Shown in pieces: positions 7,849 through 16,059 of a stretch of 20,858 nt of DNA (positions are counted from its first letter, which is position 1; every line of letters starts with the position of its first letter). The translations under genes were made by a program, and so were the position numbers. This DNA is from Chlamydiales bacterium (GTDB taxonomy: Bacteria > Chlamydiota > Chlamydiia > Chlamydiales > JAACFD01): contig JAACFD010000010.1 of assembly GCA_009937555.1 (NCBI GenBank), positions 1-20,858 on the forward strand. Direction: 5' to 3'. The notes under the pieces are model-generated. The model saw nothing but the letters and a program-made list of their open reading frames with translations. It did not search any database and was not told the origin of the DNA.

Positions 7849-8412
7849 TTATTTAAAGTCCTCTTGATACATCTTTAACTTCTCTTTAGCAACGTCTTGA
7901 TTCAATTCCATCTCTTGTCTTTCATCTCTTGCTAGAGCTTTGAAACCACAACCTTTTAAATAGCGAGGGGTAGCATAACCCTCTATTAAAGGCCATTTTC
8001 GACAAACAGTAGGCCTAAAAAAGTGGTGACCGCAACTGCCATCTTTTTTCAAGTACCTACAGCCCATAACACGCCACTTACGATTTTCATCATCAAGGAC
8101 ATACTTCTCCCGAAAGAAAAAGCCATTAATCTGAGTCATCCAAAAGGATTGGATGATATTATTTATTGAGAGTCGGTGCCAAGGGATTAAGATATAGTAA
8201 CAACAGTTCCCCCTTTTTTTACAAGCTCCTGTTTGTAGGAATGGAGGTTTAAAAAAGCAGCGTGCAAGGCGATGCATTGCGGTATCTAGAAAAATAAAGG
8301 GCAAAATAAGTAGCTTAATAGGCCAGCGAATAATAGAAGGTAGCCAGCGCTTCTTTATTCCTGAAGCTGGGTTATCGGGTATTTTATCAAAGCGCATGTA
8401 AGTATTTTTCAT
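7849..8412 (-). CDS. YkgJ-family cysteine-cluster protein (putative zinc/iron-chelating CxxCxxCC-type domain) with N-terminal hydrophobic extension
   Basis: Cys pattern GACKKRGNCCYY ... CRYLKKDGSCGHHFFRPTVCRKWP matches the YkgJ/UPF0153 signature (C..dG.C.iy..RP..Cr.fP). The ORF-track start at 8418 is TTG; first ATG is at 8412. Confidence 0.5.
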   Translation of the reverse strand: MKNTYMRFDKIPDNPASGIKKRWLPSIIRWPIKLLILPFIFLDTAMHRLARCFFKPPFLQTGACKKRGNCCYYILIPWHRLSINNIIQSFWMTQINGFFFREKYVLDDENRKWRVMGCRYLKKDGSCGHHFFRPTVCRKWPLIEGYATPRYLKGCGFKALARDERQEMELNQDVAKEKLKMYQEDFK

Positions 8413-8439
8413 ACTCAAAGCTATAGGGTAAGAATAGTG

Positions 8440-9099
8440 TTAAAATAAGACTAGGTTAAGAGTTGTAAGACCTTTTTGTAAATAATACAAACCAAATCCC
8501 AGTAAACATAGACCTGAAACAACAGCTACAGCTCTTAATGCAGAGTTGTTTAGATACTTTCTTCCCAAAGCAAGCCAAGAGGATAAGAAAAGACCCCAGA
8601 TAACTACCCCTACAAATATAGATAAGTTTGCTGTAAAACTTTCAATAAATGAAGCATCAACTGCTTGATCTTCAAATATAAGCCCAGCTACGCCAATCCA
8701 AAAAGCAATGCTAATGGGGTTAACTATTGCCAAAGCAAAGCCAAGCAAAAATAGGTTTCGCTGGCTAGGTGCAAAGTCTTTAATAAGCTCTTTGTTTTGC
8801 ATTCCCTGGTAGATACTAGTTATACCTAAATACATGAGAATTAAAGCGCCAAGTCCCCAAACAGTCACCTCTACAGCAGGAATGGTCATAAAAGGAGATA
8901 AGAGAAAATAAAAAATTAGCATGGTCACCAAGTCACCTACAGCAGCTCCTAAGACAACTGTAAAAGCTCTTTTAAAGCCGTGGGAAAGTCCCTGCTTAAT
9001 TGTCTCAACACTTACAGGTCCGATAGGAGCTGCAAGTGAAATCCCCAAGACAATATTCTTGTAAAATTTGCTAGCTAGTAAAAGACTAAGAAATGACAT
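8440..9099 (-). CDS. LysE/RhtB-family amino-acid exporter (6-TM)
   Basis: N-terminal LGISLAAPIGPVSVETIKQGLSHGFKRAF segment typical of RhtB/LeuE/YggA translocators; multiple TM helices; ATG start; TATAAT-like -10 about 30 nt upstream. Possible operon with the YkgJ-like and lipase-like genes (gaps of 27 and 71 bp). Confidence 0.8.
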   Translation of the reverse strand: MSFLSLLLASKFYKNIVLGISLAAPIGPVSVETIKQGLSHGFKRAFTVVLGAAVGDLVTMLIFYFLLSPFMTIPAVEVTVWGLGALILMYLGITSIYQGMQNKELIKDFAPSQRNLFLLGFALAIVNPISIAFWIGVAGLIFEDQAVDASFIESFTANLSIFVGVVIWGLFLSSWLALGRKYLNNSALRAVAVVSGLCLLGFGLYYLQKGLTTLNLVLF

Positions 9100-9220
9100 A
9101 GTTTAAGCTCTTTTTTTAAAAAATATTATAGACAAAAGGAGGATAAACATCCAGCTTTTTCATACAAAAACTGCTCGTTTCTAAGCGCTTAGCAAGAGTT
9201 ATTTAAAGATTTCAATAAGA

Positions 9221-9985
9221 TTAAAGAGCCAGCTCTAAAAGGACTGGACAATGATCCGATCCCATAACCTGATCTAAAATAGTACAGTCACTTAGGGCTT
9301 TTTCAAACTCAGGATTAATTAGATGGTAATCGATTCTCCAGCCAATATTTCTCTCTCTTGCACGAGTCCTGTAAGACCACCACGTATACTGCTCTTTCTC
9401 TACATTGAGGTGACGAAATGTATCTACAAAACCTTCTTTCTCTACAAATCCATCCATCCATGCCCTTTCCTCAGGTAAGTAGCCTGGATTTTCTTCATTT
9501 CTATCAGGATGTTTAAGGTCCATAGGTTTATGAGCTATATTCAAATCTCCACAAAGAACTATGTTTCTCTTTTCTTTACGAAGGTCACTGCAGAGCTTTA
9601 GCATTGTTTCACAAAAAGCAAGCTTATAGTCCAGACGCTTTCCCTTTTCTTGGCTATTAGGAAAATAAGCGTTAATAAGAGAAAAGTCTCGGTAGTGAGC
9701 AACTAAAACTCTTCCTTCATTATCAAAGGCCTCTTCCCCCATAAAAGTAACCTCTTCAGGAGCTTGCTTTGTATAAATTGCGACTCCACTATAACCTTTT
9801 TTTTCAGCACTAGCCCAGTAGCTTGAATAGTCAGCAAAGTTAATGAATGAATCATCAAGTTGGTCAGGATGAGCTTTGGTCTCTTGCAAGCAAATAGCAT
9901 CAAAGTTTTGTTCTTCAAGCCATGAGTAAAAACCTTTTTTACTAATAGCTCGAATGCCATTGACATTCCAGGATAAAATCTTCAT
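9221..9985 (-). CDS. xthA: Exodeoxyribonuclease III (AP endonuclease, EEP family)
   Basis: MKILSWNVNGIRA N-terminus, LQETK, LCGDLNIAH, WWSYR and C-terminal SDHCPV motifs of Xth/APE1 family. The ORF-track start at 10045 is a TTG extension; ATG at 9985 has AGG SD upstream. Confidence 0.9.
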   Translation of the reverse strand: MKILSWNVNGIRAISKKGFYSWLEEQNFDAICLQETKAHPDQLDDSFINFADYSSYWASAEKKGYSGVAIYTKQAPEEVTFMGEEAFDNEGRVLVAHYRDFSLINAYFPNSQEKGKRLDYKLAFCETMLKLCSDLRKEKRNIVLCGDLNIAHKPMDLKHPDRNEENPGYLPEERAWMDGFVEKEGFVDTFRHLNVEKEQYTWWSYRTRARERNIGWRIDYHLINPEFEKALSDCTILDQVMGSDHCPVLLELAL

Positions 9986-10078
9986 ACTTAGCCTCATGAT
10001 ACAGAAAAAGTCTTGAGCATAGCTCAAGCTAATGCTTATTCTCAATCCTTTTTACTGTAAACTACGATAAGGTTATCC

Positions 10079-10882
10079 ATGAGCTCCACACCTACATATG
10101 TCTTCTCTCTCTTTAGCCGCCCTACTCCACCTTTGATTAAATTTTCGACTCGCTCAAAGGCAAAGGCATCAAAAAATACGATAGCCTTAGTAGATAGAGA
10201 GGTTAGTAGCTGCATAAGCAAAATGAAGAGATCAGGTAGATTAATACTCCCAAGAGTTCCCCCTCAAGCCAACCTTATCAAGCGTCATAGCCTAACTGTT
10301 CAACAAAGTGAAATCATTACTGATAGACTCTTAAAAGAATACTCATCAGCCATAGCTCACCATATTAAGTTATGGACTCGTGCCTATGCTGAACATTTCA
10401 ATAGAAACGCACCTTTTGAAGAGATAAAATCCACTGTTTTAAAGATTAAGATACGCCTTTACCGCTGTTGCGTAGAAATATTTAACAATCAGGTCATCCA
10501 CATCATCGGGCACAATCTTCGTAAAGAAGCTGACTTTAAAAAAATGAGTTTTGCAGTAAAGCTTTTAAGTGTTGAAAGAGATATAGCACTATCTTTAAAC
10601 ACAGTTGGTCCTATTACAAGTTTTGAAAGTAGTTATTTAGACTCTATAAATTACTATCTCAGCCATCAAAATGTTACTTACCTAGAGCGAATTGAACGCG
10701 CTGAAAATGTTTTTCAAGATGGGCGCCCTCGTATTAGAGGTGAGTTAAGAAACTTCAGAAGACTTGTATCGGATACAAAAAAAAGTGAGGGAGTTTTACT
10801 TCATGCCACTCAAGTTATTAAAAATATAAGATTTAAATCCGATTACCCTTTTTTACCCTTAGTGAGTGATAGAAGTACATGA
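10079..10882 (+). CDS. Hypothetical protein (267 aa; basic, Arg/Lys-rich); stop overlaps the start of the ABC-F gene (ATGA)
   Basis: ATG with AAGG upstream; no recognisable domain; 4-nt overlap with the downstream gene read directly at 10879-10882. Confidence 0.5.
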   Translation: MSSTPTYVFSLFSRPTPPLIKFSTRSKAKASKNTIALVDREVSSCISKMKRSGRLILPRVPPQANLIKRHSLTVQQSEIITDRLLKEYSSAIAHHIKLWTRAYAEHFNRNAPFEEIKSTVLKIKIRLYRCCVEIFNNQVIHIIGHNLRKEADFKKMSFAVKLLSVERDIALSLNTVGPITSFESSYLDSINYYLSHQNVTYLERIERAENVFQDGRPRIRGELRNFRRLVSDTKKSEGVLLHATQVIKNIRFKSDYPFLPLVSDRST

Positions 10883-12666
10883 GTCTACTTATTCAATGTC
10901 AAAATTTATCAAAATCATTGGGAGGTAAAAGCTTATTTCAAGATCTCTCATTAAACATATCTAAAAGAGATAAGCTTGCTATTATAGGACCTAATGGTGC
11001 GGGTAAGTCCACACTACTCAAAATTATTTGCAGAAACCTTCAAGCAGATTCAGGAATAGTAACTCACCAAAAAAACCTCAATTTTTACCTTCTTTCTCAG
11101 CAAGTTTCTTTTAGCCAAGAAAGCGCTTTTTTAGAAATTGAACACTTACTTAATTCATTGGATACTCCCCCAAAAAACTCTCAGATCCTTATTGAAACGG
11201 CTCTATCTAAAGTTGGTTTTAGTGATTTTAACACTAAAATTGCTACGCTATCAGGAGGCTGGAAAAAACGCCTACAAATAGCTGCTGCTCTCGCTATAAA
11301 CCCTGACATCTTAATATTAGATGAACCTACAAACCACTTAGACCTTGAAAGTATCCAATGGCTAGAAAGCTTCTTAAAAAGAGAGGTCCAAAGCTACCTC
11401 ATCGTTAGCCATGACCGTTATTTTTTAGATAGAAGCTGTGAGAAAACTATAGAAATCAACCCTTTATACCCTGATGGTTACTTTTTCTCTCCTTTTTCCT
11501 ACACAGAATTTTTAGATAAAAAAGCCCTCTTTTTACAAGAATTAGAAAAGCAAGAAGCTTCATTAAAATCTCGTTCAAAACGGGAGCTTGTCTTTTTAAA
11601 GAGTAATCCAAAGGCAAGAACCACTAAATCCCAGGCAAGAGTCCGCAAAGCTCAAGAGATACTATCGACCCTAAGTCGTCTAAAAGATAAGCGCACAAAA
11701 AACAGCCAAAAGATTCAGTTAGAAATAGATAGTAAGGATAAGCGCAGTAAAGTTCTGATAAAACTATTTAACGCAGAGAAAAGCTATGGCTCTAACAAAC
11801 TCTTTAGTTTTGAAGATTTTAAAATAACTGATGGTCTACGATTAGGGATACTAGGTCCCAATGGTTGTGGCAAAAGTACCTTTATTAAGTGTCTGTTAGA
11901 AACAGAGCTCCTCTCATCTGGAAGCTTAAAGAAAAGAGACGACCTTAGCATTGCCTACTTAAGCCAAAATAGAAAAGAGCTTGATGAAAGCTTACTATTA
12001 AAAGAAGCGCTTTCTCCTAAAGGTGAGTTTGCCCTATTCCAAGGCCAATCAATGCATGTAGTTCGCCTTGGTCAAATTTTTGGCTTTGATAAATACCAAC
12101 TTGAGCAACGAGTATCTAGTTTATCAGGGGGCGAGAAAGCCAAAATTCTACTGGCAAGAGCTATGGAGCAACTTTCGGATGTTTTCATTTTAGATGAACC
12201 CACTAACGACATAGATATCTCAACCTTAGAAACATTGGAAGAAAGTCTGATAACCTTTAAAGGAGCTATTATCTTTGTAACCCACGATCGTTACTTTTTG
12301 GATAATGTCAGCAACCAAATACTCACTTTTCACAAAGGACAGCTTCATTTCTTTACTCACTACCAACAATACGAAGATTGGCAGCAGAAAAAAGATAAAC
12401 TAGAAAAACGGCAAGAAGTAAAAGTTGTAAAAAAAAGAGTGCAAAAACTCAACAACCAAGAGCGGAAAGAATTAAGAGCATTGCCAAAAGAGATTGAAAA
12501 GTTAGAGGCAAAAATTCACAAGCTTCACCAGGATATGGAAAAAGCGAGTTTAGAGCAGAAAATAGAAGAACTTAATGCCCTAAGTTTACAAAACGAGGAA
12601 GCTGAATCCAAGCTACATAAGCTGTACGAGAGATGGGAAGAGTTAGAAAATCAGCAAGATGCTTAA
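10879..12666 (+). CDS. ABC-F family ATPase (two ABC cassettes, inter-domain linker, C-terminal coiled-coil; Uup-like)
   Basis: Walker A GPNGAGKST and GPNGCGKST, signatures LSGGWKKRL and LSGGEKAKI, Walker B ILILDEPTNHLD and VFILDEPTNDID, no transmembrane domain, Lys/Arg-rich linker, C-terminal heptad-rich tail as in Uup. Confidence 0.9.
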   Translation: MSLLIQCQNLSKSLGGKSLFQDLSLNISKRDKLAIIGPNGAGKSTLLKIICRNLQADSGIVTHQKNLNFYLLSQQVSFSQESAFLEIEHLLNSLDTPPKNSQILIETALSKVGFSDFNTKIATLSGGWKKRLQIAAALAINPDILILDEPTNHLDLESIQWLESFLKREVQSYLIVSHDRYFLDRSCEKTIEINPLYPDGYFFSPFSYTEFLDKKALFLQELEKQEASLKSRSKRELVFLKSNPKARTTKSQARVRKAQEILSTLSRLKDKRTKNSQKIQLEIDSKDKRSKVLIKLFNAEKSYGSNKLFSFEDFKITDGLRLGILGPNGCGKSTFIKCLLETELLSSGSLKKRDDLSIAYLSQNRKELDESLLLKEALSPKGEFALFQGQSMHVVRLGQIFGFDKYQLEQRVSSLSGGEKAKILLARAMEQLSDVFILDEPTNDIDISTLETLEESLITFKGAIIFVTHDRYFLDNVSNQILTFHKGQLHFFTHYQQYEDWQQKKDKLEKRQEVKVVKKRVQKLNNQERKELRALPKEIEKLEAKIHKLHQDMEKASLEQKIEELNALSLQNEEAESKLHKLYERWEELENQQDA

Positions 12667-12750
12667 TGTCGTCTGATAATATATACAGCTATTGCTTTAA
12701 TTTTTTAAATAAGTATACTCCATCTAAGATAACCCAACCCCACTGATAGT

Positions 12751-13377
12751 ATGTCTCAGTTTTGCCCTACTCCCTTTTTTGAAGGTTACATAACAGCCAT
12801 TTGCCTTATCATTGCAATTGGTCCACAAAATCTATTCTTGCTTAGACAAAGTATCCAAAAAAACTACGCTTACACAACTGCTATGACACTTGCTCTCACA
12901 GATGCTGTTTTAATTCTTCTTGGTGTCAATGGAGTTGGAGAAATTTTTTCTTCAAATGAGATGCTTCTATTTCTAGCGAAGTGGGGTGGAGCGTTATTTT
13001 TATTCTACTACGGTTATCGCTCTATGCGCTCAGCTTTTGCAACGCATCAAGTAAAGCTTGGGGAGCAAAATCCTAGCAAACCTTCTCTAAAAGAAAGCTT
13101 GCTCTTCGTCTTTGCCTTAAGTTTTTTAAATCCACATGCATATTTAGATACTGTAGTGCTATTAGGGAGCATTTCTTGTAACTTCCCAGACCTGGAAAGG
13201 CCATTTTTTGCTCTTGGTGGAATTTTAGCTTCTTTAAGTTGGTTTTGCTTTTTAGCATTTAGTGGAAGCCTTCTTAGACCATTTTTTGAAAAACCAATAG
13301 CCTGGAAGATTCTTGATTGCATTACAACTATACTTTTATGGGCCATTGCCTTTGCAATTTTGCTGCATAAGCATTAA
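12751..13377 (+). CDS. LysE/ArgO-family basic amino-acid exporter
   Basis: IAIGPQNLFLLRQ motif (GPQN signature of LysE/ArgO), about 200 aa, 5-6 TM helices. Confidence 0.8.
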   Translation: MSQFCPTPFFEGYITAICLIIAIGPQNLFLLRQSIQKNYAYTTAMTLALTDAVLILLGVNGVGEIFSSNEMLLFLAKWGGALFLFYYGYRSMRSAFATHQVKLGEQNPSKPSLKESLLFVFALSFLNPHAYLDTVVLLGSISCNFPDLERPFFALGGILASLSWFCFLAFSGSLLRPFFEKPIAWKILDCITTILLWAIAFAILLHKH

Positions 13378-13381
13378 TCAT

Positions 13382-14749
13382 CTAAAGGTCTATAGCACTT
13401 TTAAATAAGGCTACAAGTTCTGGATCTCTTGTACCATATGTTTCTTCCATTAGCTCTAACTCTTCTTCAGATAATTGCTCGGTAGCTACTTCCTTTTCTG
13501 CTAAAGGTTCCTGCAGATGATCTAAGTCATCAAAGCTTCCTGAAGCAAAAGCTAACTCAATTTTCTTAAGGCCAAGCTCTGCATCACTTATAGCACTTTG
13601 ATACTCTTCTTCAGCTTTGAATAATCTTGTAGCTGATTCCTCTTTGCCCATCAGCTCTCTTTCCCTTGCTTCTTTTGCACCTCGTATGCGAGCTTCTAAA
13701 GCTGGTCTGTCAAGACAGTCTGCCAATTCCTCAAGACAATCATCATACTGTAACAGCTCTGGATCAATACTAATCTGCTCTTCTTTTAAAAGGGCTTCAT
13801 GAGCTTTGAGTGCAGCCTTTACTTCCTTTGCAAATGCTCCTCTAGGAAATAGAACTTGATAATAGCCAAATATCTCGTTACTTTTTCTACTAAATTCATT
13901 CTTATCAGCTGAACTACTTGCTAAAGCTGCCATTTTTTCTAAAGCTTTAGCATAATAATAAACACAAGAAGAGTCCCAGCTCTCAGGACCTGTTTTTAGT
14001 GTTTCAAGCTTAAAAACATGCTCTAGATACTTTAAGGCTTTAGGAATATCTTTTCCTTCTTTCAACAAACAAACACCATAATAAAACTGTGCCGGGATAT
14101 AATCTGAGTCATATTCTATACAACTTTCAAAATACTCTTTAGCTTCTCTAAAGTTATCAAGATAGGTTAAGCACTCCCCTAACTTATCCCATACATATAG
14201 AAAGTTATCACTCTCAAGCACATCAAGATGGCTTTTATAATAGTCTACAGCTAATGAAAACTCTCCCATTTCATAGTGTAAATCCGCTAATGCAAGTAAA
14301 GCTTCATCATTCCTTGGAAACACTTTTATATAGCTGTGAAAAGCATGTTTTATCTCTCCAAATTTATATTCAAGACCCTCATTACTTCCTGACTGTCTAA
14401 TAACTTTTAAACATTCAATCGCTTCTTCAAATTCAGCTGTAACAAAGTCCTCTAATACCACTGTACTAGTATATGAGCTATTGCTTGCTTCTGTAATTGC
14501 AGAGCTACTATCAGAGTGTGGCGTTTGTAGAGTAGACTTAAACTTAGCAGGTGTTAAAAGCTCATCATCCTTTTCAACCCTAAACTGTCGGTCTAGTGCT
14601 GTTTTCTGCTCCTCTTTAGCTCCTGTCCATAGACTTGATAGAAAGCCGCCTATATTACTTCTAGAATTAGATTCATAGACACTAACAACAACTGCCGCTG
14701 CTGCACCTGCACCTATGCAAAGACTTGATATTGATATATTAGATGACAT
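13382..14749 (-). CDS. TPR-repeat protein with N-terminal membrane anchor/signal and acidic C-terminus
   Basis: N-terminal hydrophobic stretch SSLCIGAGAAAAVVVSVY; central region with repeated W/Y-x-L-G-x-x-Y..A...Y TPR-like 34-mers (ALLALADLHYEMGEFSLAVDYYKSHL, WDKLGECLTYLDNFREAKEYFESCIEYD, QFYYGVCLLKEG); strong AGGAGG SD 5 nt before ATG. Confidence 0.7.
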   Translation of the reverse strand: MSSNISISSLCIGAGAAAAVVVSVYESNSRSNIGGFLSSLWTGAKEEQKTALDRQFRVEKDDELLTPAKFKSTLQTPHSDSSSAITEASNSSYTSTVVLEDFVTAEFEEAIECLKVIRQSGSNEGLEYKFGEIKHAFHSYIKVFPRNDEALLALADLHYEMGEFSLAVDYYKSHLDVLESDNFLYVWDKLGECLTYLDNFREAKEYFESCIEYDSDYIPAQFYYGVCLLKEGKDIPKALKYLEHVFKLETLKTGPESWDSSCVYYYAKALEKMAALASSSADKNEFSRKSNEIFGYYQVLFPRGAFAKEVKAALKAHEALLKEEQISIDPELLQYDDCLEELADCLDRPALEARIRGAKEARERELMGKEESATRLFKAEEEYQSAISDAELGLKKIELAFASGSFDDLDHLQEPLAEKEVATEQLSEEELELMEETYGTRDPELVALFKSAIDL

Positions 14750-14980
14750 TTTTCCTCCTATAAACAGGTCTACCCGCCTAAAAAACAGCTCTATAATACA
14801 CCGTCAAAAATAAATTTTAATTAAGGCTAGATTAAGTTTCTGTTATAAGCACAGCAGCGTAGTAGAGAATATAGCTTTCCTTTAAAGATTTGTTTTCCTA
14901 CACTGGTCTGCGGGAAATATTAGACCCTTATAAATATAACTAATTCAACATAAGTAATAGATAAGATAAGGAGAATAGCT

Positions 14981-15934
14981 ATGTCTGACCATCTATCAAC
15001 ACCTGTAAAACCACGCCCTGTAATACCTCCTCCACCAACTCACATCGACCCTGCTAAGCACCCCTCTACTCCCTCCAGTGCCGCTCTTGAAGCTCTTACT
15101 AGACTTGGAGATAACGTAAGACAGTCTCCACAACACCTATCAGAAGAAATAGATGGTGATTGGGTAGATCTAAGCCCTGGTAGAACTGATAGAACTCCTA
15201 GTGATGATTCAAGATCTGACAAAGAGGCAAAGGCTTCTTCAGAAAGTAAAGAAAGTGATACAAGCTCTAGCGGAGGGGTAATGGCCTACCTCAACTCTTT
15301 AATGCCCTGGTCGAGCCCTAGTAAAGCTGATTTAGCTCTAGCAAAAGAATTGGAGCTACAAAGAGCAAGAGAAGAAGCTGAAAAGCTAGAAGCTGCTCTA
15401 GAAAGAGAATTGGAGCTACAAAGGGCAAGAGAAGAAGCTGACAAAATAACAGCTGAAAAAGTAGCAGCTTCTAGAGAAATTGAAGAAGCTATCATAACTC
15501 TTAACGCTTCTTTAGAGCCTATTTTAAGATCTTTAGAAGAGCATTTAGCCTCTGAGCAAGCTATAAAAGAAACATTCACAGCTCTATTAGATAAAAAAGT
15601 AAGCCACTTCTTAGAAGGCGAAGACAGAGACAACTGGGGAGAATACCAAGCTTTTAAAACTAAGTATACAGCTGCAAAACCAAATGGGCATAGCTGGAAT
15701 GCAGATGTAAGCAAGGGTGAAAGGAAAAGACTTAATCAACAGCTAGGAGAGTGGAAGGCGATTGCCGAGAAACTTGTAGCAAAGTCTAATCAAGCTAAGA
15801 GAGAGCAATCTCAACCTATTAAAGAAGAGTTAAAAGAGGTACAAACTACCATTTCTAGGCTAGAAGAGGAAAAAGCTATTCTCCAAAGAAGCATTGAAAA
15901 AAAGCAAGCTGAGCTAGCAGCTCTTACAGCATGA
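14981..15934 (+). CDS. Hypothetical Pro/Ser-rich, coiled-coil protein (317 aa) containing an internal 20-aa tandem repeat
   Basis: AAGGAGA SD; N-terminal PRPVIPPPPTHIDPAKHPSTPSS low-complexity region, Ser/Asp-rich segment, then ELELQRAREEA heptad-rich coiled-coil; no recognisable domain. Confidence 0.6.
   Translation: MSDHLSTPVKPRPVIPPPPTHIDPAKHPSTPSSAALEALTRLGDNVRQSPQHLSEEIDGDWVDLSPGRTDRTPSDDSRSDKEAKASSESKESDTSSSGGVMAYLNSLMPWSSPSKADLALAKELELQRAREEAEKLEAALERELELQRAREEADKITAEKVAASREIEEAIITLNASLEPILRSLEEHLASEQAIKETFTALLDKKVSHFLEGEDRDNWGEYQAFKTKYTAAKPNGHSWNADVSKGERKRLNQQLGEWKAIAEKLVAKSNQAKREQSQPIKEELKEVQTTISRLEEEKAILQRSIEKKQAELAALTA
15347..15443 (+). repeat. Tandem direct repeat of about 37 bp at a 60-bp period (GAATTGGAGCTACAAAG[A/G]GCAAGAGAAGAAGCTGA), encoding duplicated ELELQRAREEA(E/D)K
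   Basis: Two copies read directly at 15347 and 15407 with 2 mismatches over about 37 nt. Confidence 0.85.
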
Positions 15935-15962
15935 GCTCTTTCTAGATAAAAAATACCCTAAA

Positions 15963-16004
15963 AGCCTTATTATGTTTTTTCAATCTAATAAGGCTTTTTT
16001 TTTA
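15963..16004 (+). terminator. Rho-independent terminator (10-bp stem AGCCTTATTA/TAATAAGGCT, 13-nt loop, T9 tail)
   Basis: Inverted repeat and T-run read directly 30 nt downstream of the 14981..15934 stop. Confidence 0.75.
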
Positions 16005-16059
16005 TACTCTCTTTAAACTACCGTAATAAAATGTGTCCCAAAAACTACGGGGATACACA

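Noticed and set aside
9176-9187. 12-bp perfect palindrome CTAAGCGCTTAG between xthA and the LysE-family gene
   Set aside because: Short, no loop, no flanking U-tract and no recurrence elsewhere; could be a weak terminator or operator but is too short to support a call.
9703-9966. 87-aa ORF in another frame within xthA
   Set aside because: Same strand, different frame, inside a confidently identified exonuclease III gene.
13047-13346. 99-aa and 61-aa minus-strand ORFs inside the ArgO/LysE-like gene
   Set aside because: Antisense to a membrane-protein gene with a clear family signature; no start context.
13617-14678. 61-aa and 65-aa plus-strand ORFs inside the TPR gene
   Set aside because: Ser-rich low-complexity antisense translations of the TPR gene.
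15040-15714. 60-aa and 142-aa minus-strand ORFs antisense to the Pro-rich coiled-coil gene
   Set aside because: The Ala/Ser-rich sequence arises as the reverse complement of GAA/GCT-rich codons; mirrors the sense-strand tandem repeat; spurious.
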